Both the position numbers and the translations under genes were made by a program. A DNA stretch of 64,000 bases from an uncultured Acidobacteriota bacterium. GTDB lineage: Bacteria > Acidobacteriota > Blastocatellia > Pyrinomonadales > Pyrinomonadaceae. Positions 37,035 through 45,335 of the stretch are shown piece after piece. The notes below the pieces were generated by a model. The model was not told the DNA's origin. It saw only the letters and a program-made list of their open reading frames with translations, and did not search any database. How positions within the stretch are numbered: position 1 is the stretch's first letter; every line of letters begins with the position of its first letter. The stretch spans positions 4,503,106-4,567,105 of the forward strand of contig CAWFMF010000004.1 of assembly GCA_963816985.1 (NCBI GenBank), in the 5' to 3' direction.

Positions 37035-37880
37035 CTATTCGCCCGCGGCGGCGAGTGCGTCCGCGCGGCTCAGCTCTAAGGCGAGGCAGGCCAACTGCTT
37101 CGCCTGCGTCGTCGAGAGGGCGACCGGGGCCGTCACGGTCGTCGCCTGCTGGCGCTTGACCTTCGTGACCTTGCCCTTCGGCGCGGCGGGGGCGAGCGGA
37201 ATCGCCACGCCGTCTTTCAAAGAGTTATTGAACTGGAACCGCATCACGTCGCCGACCTTCCTGAACTCCACGCCCCGCTCGTTGAACGCCGTGGCGATGT
37301 AGTTGACGCGCGCTTCCGTCTCGAACCGCTTCGAGCGCGCCCGCGCCGCTTTCGCCTCGGTCTCCGCCGCCACGATGCGGGTCGGTATCGGGTCAGCGCC
37401 CTCGCCCGGCGGGATGATCATCGCCATCTCCTGCACGGGGAGGGGCGCGCGGGTCGGGGCCTTCAAGACTCTCCCCAGACCCAACTCCCTCAAATCTTCC
37501 ACGTATTCGATTTCCATCTTCTCTTCGACGTTCTCGGTGGGCGGCGTGAGCATCATCGCCAGCTCGTCGGCTGCGATGGGATTCACGGCTTCGACTCCTG
37601 CCGTCGTCTCGACCCGCGCCGTCGCTCGCGACGAGGCGCTCGCACGCTTCGCGCCCGGATTCGCCGGGGCGTTGCAGGAGGCCAGAGTGTGCTGCGTGCT
37701 CTGCGGCGCTGTCTGAGCGGCCCCGCCCCGACCGTTGAGGCTCAGGAAGGCGTGCCAGATTTCGCTGCGGACTCGCCCGACCAGCGCACCCTTCAGCTCC
37801 AACAGGTCTTGCGAGGCCTGCGGGACAGCGGCAAAAGTGGCCGCGAGGAGAACGAATGCGATGACTGATCTGTGTTTCAT
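37035..37880 (-). CDS. hypothetical secreted protein
   Basis: Internal start MKHRSVIAFVLLAATFAAVPQASQ (signal peptide) of the 37035..37958 ORF. No known domain. Confidence 0.45.
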   Translation of the reverse strand: MKHRSVIAFVLLAATFAAVPQASQDLLELKGALVGRVRSEIWHAFLSLNGRGGAAQTAPQSTQHTLASCNAPANPGAKRASASSRATARVETTAGVEAVNPIAADELAMMLTPPTENVEEKMEIEYVEDLRELGLGRVLKAPTRAPLPVQEMAMIIPPGEGADPIPTRIVAAETEAKAARARSKRFETEARVNYIATAFNERGVEFRKVGDVMRFQFNNSLKDGVAIPLAPAAPKGKVTKVKRQQATTVTAPVALSTTQAKQLACLALELSRADALAAAGE

Positions 37881-38350
37881 TTTCTTAACCTGCCTGCTCT
37901 TAGGCGACCGGGTTCGTTTTCGAACGGGCTGCCGGAGTGCTCTCGGTTCGGATTTCAACGAGTAGGTGTCGCGCCCGCGTCCGAGGTTTCAACTTTTCGC
38001 GTCCGGGGCGTCCCAGCGGCCCTCGAACTGCCCTCGGCTACCTCTTTCTACTGGCAAAACACCACGTGCGCGTATTTCGTGGCAATAAATTTTTCGCTTA
38101 CAATGACGCCCGTCGCCTCGAAATTGTTAACACGCCGGAGTCGGCGGCGGCTCGAAGGCTTCCCCGTCTCGCCGTGTCGGAGGCCGAAAATGCCGACTCA
38201 CGTGCAGTTAGTGCCGACGGGTATGATTCCGTTTCAAAATAATTTAGGTTCCAAAACTTCGCGCTCCGCGCGAGGCGGCGTCGTACTTCGGCGGGCCGGG
38301 CGGGCGTGCCGGGTCAAACTTTTGAGCTGGATTTTCATGGAGGAGGGCGG

Positions 38351-39325
38351 ATGAAACATCGTCGCTTCGGGCGCACGGGCTGGTCTGTCAGCGAGATCGG
38401 CTACGGGATGTGGGGCATGGGCAGTTGGAGCGGTTCGAGCGACGAGGAGTCGCTTGGGTCGCTTCAGCACGCCGTTGACCTTGGGTGCAACTTCTTCGAC
38501 ACGGCTTGGGCTTACGGCGAGGGGCGGAGCGAAGGGCTGCTCGGACAACTCGTCCGCGCCAATCCGGGGAAGCGGCTCTACACGGCCTCGAAAATCCCGC
38601 CCAAGAATTTGAAGTGGCCGAGCCGTCGTGAGTTCACGCTCGACGAATGCTTCCCGCCCGAACACATCGAGGAGTACGTCCAACGCAGCTTACAAAACGC
38701 GGGCCTCGAAAGTTTCGACCTCATGCAGTTCCACGTCTGGGAGGACTCATGGGTCGAGGACGACCGCTGGGCGAAGAAGATGGACGAGCTTCGCCGTCAG
38801 GGCTTAATCAACGCCGTCGGCATCAGCATCAACCGCTGGGAGCCCTGGAACGGCGTCCGCACCGTGCGGAGCGGGATGATTGACGCCGTGCAGGTCATCT
38901 ACAACGTCTTCGACCAGAACCCGGAGGACGACCTTTTCCCCGCGTGCGCCGAAAAGGACGTGGCCGTCATCGCGCGCGTCCCGTTCGACGAAGGCACTCT
39001 GACCGGCACTCTCACCAAAGAGAGCACGTGGCCCGAAGGCGACTGGCGCAACACGTACTTCGTGGCGTCGAATTTGATTCCGAGCGTCGAGCGCGCCGAC
39101 GCACTCAAGCCAATCGTCTCAGACGCCGGGGTCTCCATGCCGGAGGCGGCGCTCCGCTTCATCCTCAATCACCCGTCGGTGAGCACAATCATCCCCGGCA
39201 TGCGCAAGCTCTCGCACGTCGAGTCGAACATCAAGGCGAGCGACGCCGGACCGCTCGACGACGACTTGCTCGAAGAGCTGCGCTTTCATCGTTGGGATCG
39301 CCAGCCGTCCGAGTGGTCACAGTAA
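38351..39325 (+). CDS. aldo/keto reductase
   Basis: GGAGGAGGG RBS, then MKHRRFGRTGWSVSEIGYGMWG...FDTAWAYGEG, the classic AKR pattern. Confidence 0.9.
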   Translation: MKHRRFGRTGWSVSEIGYGMWGMGSWSGSSDEESLGSLQHAVDLGCNFFDTAWAYGEGRSEGLLGQLVRANPGKRLYTASKIPPKNLKWPSRREFTLDECFPPEHIEEYVQRSLQNAGLESFDLMQFHVWEDSWVEDDRWAKKMDELRRQGLINAVGISINRWEPWNGVRTVRSGMIDAVQVIYNVFDQNPEDDLFPACAEKDVAVIARVPFDEGTLTGTLTKESTWPEGDWRNTYFVASNLIPSVERADALKPIVSDAGVSMPEAALRFILNHPSVSTIIPGMRKLSHVESNIKASDAGPLDDDLLEELRFHRWDRQPSEWSQ

Positions 39326-39402
39326 AAATCAGTACCGCGAGCGGTAACGAGCGGGTTGACGTTAGTGATGCTCAACCCGCCCGAAAGACCGCTCGCGGTT
39401 CT
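39326..39402. repeat. REP-like palindromic element, family B (copy B3, right arm degenerate)
   Basis: cagtaccgcgagcggtaacgagcgggttgacgttagtgatgctcaacccgc-ccgaaagaccgctcgcggttctg, immediately after the AKR stop. Confidence 0.65.
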
Positions 39403-39418
39403 GTTCTTCACTTGCTCC

Positions 39419-40386
39419 CTACAGGCAGGGATTCACGCCGGGGACGAGCGGGCGGACGTATGCGCCCTGCAACTCGGCGGCGGTGTAAGGCAGCAGGCGG
39501 TTGGTGACGAGTGTGTCCACGCGGAATCCGTCGGGGACGTTGACGAAGCTGTACGCGCCCGACACGACCATCGGGTTGAACTGCGAGAGTGCGAAGCCCG
39601 CGGGCTTCGGGTTGGGCTCGACCGTCGTGTCGAGCCCGAATCCGGGGGCCGCGAGGAAGTCGTCGAAGGTGAGCGCGCCCGATGCGGGGACGACCTTCGA
39701 CGTGACGAGGCTCAACTCGCCCGCGTTCCGCAGGTTGGTCGGGCCGAAGGCCGCCTCGCTCCCGGCGTTGCCTGCGCCGTCGAGGATGCGGTCGTAGCGT
39801 TGTGTCCAGAGGTAGTCGAGGACGCCGCCGGTCGTCGGCTCGACGAGCCGCGTGGGGACGATGCGGACGACCGGGAGTGCGAGCACCAGCGCGTCTTCGG
39901 GTGGGTCGGCGAGGTCGTTGCCGATGAGGTCGAAGGTCTGCCGGTCGTAGTAGAAGACGCCGAGGTTCGCATTGACCGCGATGAGCCAGAACTGATAGGC
40001 GGCGTCCGTGACGGTCTCCGGGTAGGCGGGCGTGAAGGGGTTCGTCGGGTTCGTGCCGGGGACGCGTTGGACGGTCGGGCGGTACGGCAGGTTCTCGTAG
40101 TGGAACCTGAGCGTCACCTTGTTGGCCGACTTGTTCCACTTCACTTCGGCGAAGGCGTTGCGCGTCTCGCGCGCGAAGTCCACGACCATGTCGCCGGGGG
40201 GCGGGCCGAAGCCGGGGACGAAGGGCAGGCGAAGCTCGCCGTGGGTGTTGGCCGGAGCGGCGGTCGCGCCGAGCGCCGGAGAGCCGCCCGCGAGCGGCAG
40301 CGCCGCGAGAGCGCCAGCCGAGAGCGCGGCGGTCTTGAGGAAGTTCGCGTCGGGGTGAGGGTTGGGGTTTCCGCACGTGTTCGTTC
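39419..40386 (-). CDS. hypothetical Tat-exported protein (apparent frameshift inside the signal peptide)
   Basis: ATG at 40386 gives MNEHVRKPQPSPRR. The next frame gives NFLKTAALSAGALAALPLAGGSPALGA...MVVDFARET..., the body of the 39419..40189 ORF. Together they form a canonical twin-arginine signal, S-P-R-R-N-F-L-K. Confidence 0.5.
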
Positions 40387-40456
40387 ATAACTAAACTCCT
40401 TTCAAAAATCCGAGTTGGCGTGGTGGGGGATATTGAAAGAGATCGTCTGCCGGGCG

Positions 40457-42199
40457 TCAGACGTTGACGGTCGTGCCGTCGTACTTCGTCAGGGAGAAGC
40501 CGTCGAAGTCTTCGTTGTAAGTCACGCGCTGCTCCCTGAGCAGTTGGATGGCGACCTGCTCGCCGAGTTCGATGGACTCCCTGCTGTCCGAGCGCCAGTG
40601 GACGCCCGCCATGTTGCGCCCGTTGGCGACGTTGTAGGCCATCTTGTTCAGCTCGCCGCCGACGGTCATCTGCCCCGCGTCCGCGCCCAAGTAGGGCACG
40701 AGCGCGAGCCCGTCGGGCGTCGGCTGCACGGGCTGCGTGAGGCTCGCGATGGGCGTCGAATCTTTGAACCAGGCTTTGAGGATGGTGGTGCACGCGCCCG
40801 CGACCGTCGCGTGGCCCGCGCCGTATGAGGGGTGCGTCGGGCAGCCTTCGGGGAAGGCCGACGGCAAAAGGTACGTGCCCTGCCCCGCGCCGTTGAACTG
40901 CTCGTTGTGCTGCTTGACGGCGGCGAGCACCGTCGAGCTGTTCATCGAAGGATGCACGTCGAACCTGCCGGGGTGTGTGCGGTTGTACTCGACGCGCGAG
41001 GCGAACTCTTCGGGCCGCAGACGCCGGTGCACCATCCACTTCTGATACCAGACGGCGTGGAGCGCGCGGGTCGAGACTTCGCACAGGAGCGTGGCGATGT
41101 GCGGGCCGCCGAAGGAGGCGAAGCCCTCCTGCGTCGGGCTGCCGTTGTAGGGGTTCCCGTCGTCGAAGGGCGCGCCGAGCCCCGCGAGACAGAGGAACGC
41201 CTGAAAGTACCCCTGGAAGAGCACGTCAATGTGCACCCACTGGGCGATGTCGCGGCCCATCCGCATGTAACGGCGTGCGGGGTCGAGGATGTCCGCGCCC
41301 GTCGCCGCTCCGTTCTGCACGTTGAGATAATCGGCGAAGGTCGTGAGGTAGTCGCTGCCGCCCCCTGCGCTTCCGTTGCCTGCGGTCGAGACCGGGGCGG
41401 CGGTCACTATCTGCTGGTCTATCTCGTTCGCGCCGAAGAAGCAGGGCAAGTAGAAATACTGCGAGAGGAGCGGGCCGACGCGGTCGCCCGCCGTGATGCC
41501 GCGGAAGAGTAGTTGCGGCGTGACGACGCCCGCATTGTTCTTCGCGCCTTTGAAGTCCGCGCCGAAGTTGGACAGGTCGGAGGCGGCGGCGTTGGCCGTC
41601 GGGTGCGCGGCGTAGTCGCTGAAAGGCACGTCGCGGAGGAGCGCCATCCAGTAGTTCTCGGCGATCTCGGCGCACTCCTCGCGGCTGGCGAAGGCAGGCG
41701 CGGGCGGCTGCACGAAGCTCTGCGGGTCGCCGCCTTCCATCTCGTAAGTGAATCCAGACTGCGGGCTGGTGAGCTTGCGACCGCCGCCGAGCTGGATAGA
41801 GTCGAAGAGGGCGGGATTGCCCTCGCCGTTCGCGAGCGCGTTGACGAGCGATTGATAAGCTCCGAGGACGACCGTGCCGTCCGCGTTGTGCGGCAACCCC
41901 TTCGAGTAACTGCCGCGCTTGTCGGCGTAGAGGTCGTCGTCCGGGTTGGTCGCGTGCTGGAGGTTCGGGCCGGTGGCGTTCTTGTTATCAACCGCCATCT
42001 GCTGCCGCTTGTTGAAGGCGCGGTTGCGCCGTGTGTTGCCGGAGGTGCCGACCGCGCTCGCCCGCGCCGTCGCCTTGGGAGAGCCGAAGAGGGGTTCGAA
42101 TCCGACGGCCCCGGCGGCGAGAGTGGCGGCCACGCCCGCGCCCGCCGTGCCTAAGAATTTACGCCTCGCGGTGGAGGTTTCGCGTCTGTTCCTTGTCAT
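40457..42199 (-). CDS. vanadium-dependent haloperoxidase-like protein (PAP2 superfamily), Tat-exported
   Basis: Internal start MTRNRRETSTARRKFLGTAGAG (Tat motif). C-terminal motifs RLRP, THPSYGAGHA and GVHWRSDSRESIELGEQVA match the three conserved vanadate-binding blocks of bromoperoxidases and acid phosphatases. Confidence 0.7.
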   Translation of the reverse strand: MTRNRRETSTARRKFLGTAGAGVAATLAAGAVGFEPLFGSPKATARASAVGTSGNTRRNRAFNKRQQMAVDNKNATGPNLQHATNPDDDLYADKRGSYSKGLPHNADGTVVLGAYQSLVNALANGEGNPALFDSIQLGGGRKLTSPQSGFTYEMEGGDPQSFVQPPAPAFASREECAEIAENYWMALLRDVPFSDYAAHPTANAAASDLSNFGADFKGAKNNAGVVTPQLLFRGITAGDRVGPLLSQYFYLPCFFGANEIDQQIVTAAPVSTAGNGSAGGGSDYLTTFADYLNVQNGAATGADILDPARRYMRMGRDIAQWVHIDVLFQGYFQAFLCLAGLGAPFDDGNPYNGSPTQEGFASFGGPHIATLLCEVSTRALHAVWYQKWMVHRRLRPEEFASRVEYNRTHPGRFDVHPSMNSSTVLAAVKQHNEQFNGAGQGTYLLPSAFPEGCPTHPSYGAGHATVAGACTTILKAWFKDSTPIASLTQPVQPTPDGLALVPYLGADAGQMTVGGELNKMAYNVANGRNMAGVHWRSDSRESIELGEQVAIQLLREQRVTYNEDFDGFSLTKYDGTTVNV

Positions 42200-42850
42200 G
42201 GGGTTTGACTTCCTTTCTCGTCCGAAGGGTCTGCCGCGTGGAGAGGTTTCGGCAGACGGGTAGACAGTCTCCGACCTCTGCGCCGAACGTCGAGCCCGGC
42301 GCGAAGGCAGGCGTGAATGGAGCAAGTGTGTCCGAGCCGGGTGATGTCCGGCGTTAGGCTGAGAGGGGGTTTCTTCGGGGCCGAAACGGGAGTCGCGGAG
42401 AGGTTAAGGGCAAAGGTTAAGCTCGGAGTCGGGATAAGACTTTGGGCGTTTGAGCGTTCACGCGTGGCAAGAGGTTTCGTGAACGTGGTACATCGTCAGT
42501 AAGGTTGCGCGGACGATACAACTGACCTTCAACGTTGTCAATGGAAAATAATTCATAGCCCGCAGCACTTCGCTTTCGACCCGGCAAGAATGGACTTCAC
42601 ACGAAATAGTGCTTGCCCTGCACCATCTGGCATAGGCGGTTTTTTTGAGATTCCACTAATTTCATGATAATTGCCCGCCCAACCCTCATCCGCGCCCCGC
42701 GCCCGCGCGACGGGCACACGCCTTGCTCAAGCCGTCGCTAAAGGACAAGGACCCTCGCAAGTGCTTGACCTTCCCTCGGCACCTCTTTGTCTATGCACGC
42801 GACTGCCCCCGCGCAGCCCCGTAGTTTCACAACCGAAGGAGCGTCCGTCC

Positions 42851-45193
42851 ATGCGTACAGGCAAGAATCTGTTCGTCGCATTGCTTCTCTCTCTCTGCAC
42901 CACACTACTGCTGACCACCACCAGCGCCCTCGCCGCCGAAGACGTTAACGACACCGGGGACGATTACGAAGAGCACGCGCGCGTGATGCGCGTCACGCTG
43001 ATGAAAGGCGAGGCCAGTCTGCGCCGCGCCGGAGCCGCCGACTGGGAGGACGCGAAGATCAACCTCCCGCTCGTCGAAGGCGACACGCTGGCGACGGGCC
43101 GCGACTCGCACTTGGAGATTCAGGTGGACGCGCGCAACTTCGTCCGCCTCGGCCCCGACTCGGTCTTGAAGATCATCACGCTGCGCGACGAAGGCATCGC
43201 CGTCAGCCTCTCCGAAGGCACGGCCACGCTCCGCCTCGCGCGCTTCGATCCCGACAAGGAGTACTTCGAGATTGACGCGCCGAAGACGACGATGGCCGCC
43301 GAGAAGCACGGCCTCTATCGTCTCGACGTTTCATCGGACGGGAGCGTCCGCGTCACCGTCCGCGACGACGGGCGCGCGCGCATCTACAACGAGACCTCCG
43401 GCTTCGTCCTTCGCAACAACCGCTCGGCCCGCCTCTCCTACGACCCGCAGGGCGAAGGCGACTGGGAGCTGAGCGCCGCCGCGTCGTTCGACAACTGGGA
43501 CAACTGGAACGACGAGCGCGAGCGTTACCTCGCCACGCGCCTGCGCTACGAGGGGCGCGACCGCTACTACGACCCCGAAGTCTGGGGCGCGGAAGAACTC
43601 GACTCCTACGGCGACTGGAGCTACACGCGCGATTACGGCTACGTGTGGCGTCCGCACGGCAACGTCATCAGCCGCTATCAGGACTGGGCTCCCTACCGCT
43701 ACGGCCACTGGCGCTGGTGCCCGCCCTACGGCTGGACGTGGATACCGGACGAGGACTGGGGTTGGGCTCCTTATCACTACGGTCGTTGGGTCTACGTCAA
43801 TGGCTACTGGTGCTGGGCTCCGCGCGGCTACGGCTACCCCTACAAACGCCCCTGGTGGCGGCCCGCCCTCGTCGCCTTCGTCTACGTCAACACCTCCTAC
43901 GGCCACGACGTATGCTGGTATCCGCTCCGCCACGGCCAGCGCGACCCGCGCGGTCGCTTCTGGAGGAGGAACTTTGAGAGGCTTGAGCCTTTGCGCCGCA
44001 ACGACGCGCGGAACCTGCGCCGCACAGACCCCGCACGACTACGCGCCGTCTCGACGGCTTCATCGAGGGAGTTCGGCACATCAACACTCCGCGCGCGCCC
44101 GGCCTCGGCTGACATCGCGCAGAGAGCTTTGACGGAAGAGCCGGTGCGCGGTCGTCTGCCGGTCACGCCCCGCGTCGGGACGCCCGGCGCGCTCGAAGGC
44201 GAAGGCCGCGACCGTCGCACCGTGACTTCGGGCTCGATGTCCGGCAACAGCAACATGCGCGGCGGCGGCCTGACCATCGCCCGCCCCGCGCCCATCGGCC
44301 CGGCGCGCTCTCTGCCGGATAGAGAGACGGGCGCGGCCCCGCGCACAGCCGGTGTTCCGCTCGACGCCGAGTTAAGAAGGATGCGCATCTTCAACGGACG
44401 AGAGCCTCGACAGCCCGCGCCCTCTTCGGTCGGCACGACTCCGTCCGTCGTCAACCCGAACCCGTCTGCTTCGGGCGACGCAGGCACGGGCGCGGTCTTG
44501 CGTCCCAACCGGACGGACAGGCGTCCGCCCTCGACGAACGAAGGCACGGGCGGCGTTGCGCCCGACGCGGGCGCGGCGAACCCCGCGCGCGTGCGGCCCA
44601 CACGTCCCGCGCAGCCGAATGAAGATAGCAACGGCGGCGCGAGCAGCAGCCCCGAAGTCGTCGTCCCCAGAGCGCGCAGGCCCGACGAAGGCTCGCGCGA
44701 CAACTCCGACTCGCCGCGCGTGAGGCGCGAGCGCCCGACGGAGGACGCGCCTTCGAGCGCGCCGCCCACCGTGGAGAAGTACGAGCCGCGCGTGCGCCCG
44801 AACGCGCCCGAATCGCGACCGGCTCCCGAATCAAGACCGGAGCCTTCGCGCCGCGAAGAGTCGTCCCGGCCCGAACGCTCCGCGCCGAGGGAGGAGCGTT
44901 CCGCGCCGCGCTACGAGCCTCCGGCCCGCGAGGAGCGGCCTGCGCCGCGCAACGACCCGCCACCCCGCAACGACCCACCGCCCTCGCGGCAGGAGTCGCC
45001 GCGCAACGATCCTCCTCCGCAGAGGAATGACCCGCCGCCGCAGCGGAACGACCCTCCGCCGTCGCGTTCGGAGCCTTCCCCTTCGCGTGAGGAGAGGTCT
45101 TCGCCACCCGCGCGTGATTCGGAGTCTTCGCGGCCCTCGCGCTCGGAGGACAGCGACCGACCGGCGCGGGTGAAGCCCGACAACCGGCGTTGA
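42851..45193 (+). CDS. large secreted protein: FecR-like beta-domain, Trp/Tyr-rich domain and low-complexity Pro/Arg/Ser/Glu-rich tail
   Basis: - signal peptide MRTGKNLFVALLLSLCTTLLL
- FecR-like segment (LVEGDTLATGRDSHLEIQ)
- dense W/Y segment (WDNWNDERE...YGHWRWCPPYGWTWIPDEDWGWAPYHYGRWVYVNGYWCWAPRGYGYPYKRPWWRPA)
- C-terminal repeats of RNDPPP
AGGAGCG RBS. Confidence 0.6.
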   Translation: MRTGKNLFVALLLSLCTTLLLTTTSALAAEDVNDTGDDYEEHARVMRVTLMKGEASLRRAGAADWEDAKINLPLVEGDTLATGRDSHLEIQVDARNFVRLGPDSVLKIITLRDEGIAVSLSEGTATLRLARFDPDKEYFEIDAPKTTMAAEKHGLYRLDVSSDGSVRVTVRDDGRARIYNETSGFVLRNNRSARLSYDPQGEGDWELSAAASFDNWDNWNDERERYLATRLRYEGRDRYYDPEVWGAEELDSYGDWSYTRDYGYVWRPHGNVISRYQDWAPYRYGHWRWCPPYGWTWIPDEDWGWAPYHYGRWVYVNGYWCWAPRGYGYPYKRPWWRPALVAFVYVNTSYGHDVCWYPLRHGQRDPRGRFWRRNFERLEPLRRNDARNLRRTDPARLRAVSTASSREFGTSTLRARPASADIAQRALTEEPVRGRLPVTPRVGTPGALEGEGRDRRTVTSGSMSGNSNMRGGGLTIARPAPIGPARSLPDRETGAAPRTAGVPLDAELRRMRIFNGREPRQPAPSSVGTTPSVVNPNPSASGDAGTGAVLRPNRTDRRPPSTNEGTGGVAPDAGAANPARVRPTRPAQPNEDSNGGASSSPEVVVPRARRPDEGSRDNSDSPRVRRERPTEDAPSSAPPTVEKYEPRVRPNAPESRPAPESRPEPSRREESSRPERSAPREERSAPRYEPPAREERPAPRNDPPPRNDPPPSRQESPRNDPPPQRNDPPPQRNDPPPSRSEPSPSREERSSPPARDSESSRPSRSEDSDRPARVKPDNRR

Positions 45194-45335
45194 GGAAGCG
45201 AGACGGGGCCTCGCTTCCTCTTCCGAGGCGGCGGTTGAAGAAACGCGCGTTCACGACCAACGCAACACGTCGCGCGTCTCTTCAGCCGCCGCCGCTCATC
45301 CACCTCGCTCTCCCGACCCGAAAGGATCGTGTCAG

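Noticed and set aside
39408-41084. 558-aa minus-strand ORF spanning two genes, and the 39356..40390 plus-strand ORF
   Set aside because: Wrong-frame read-through across the Tat-protein and haloperoxidase genes (RRRR-rich). It was used only to locate the ATG at 40386.
42060-42090. tRNA T-loop-like motif GGGGTTCGAATCC
   Set aside because: It lies inside the haloperoxidase-like CDS, with no acceptor or anticodon arms. No tRNA could be supported anywhere in the window.
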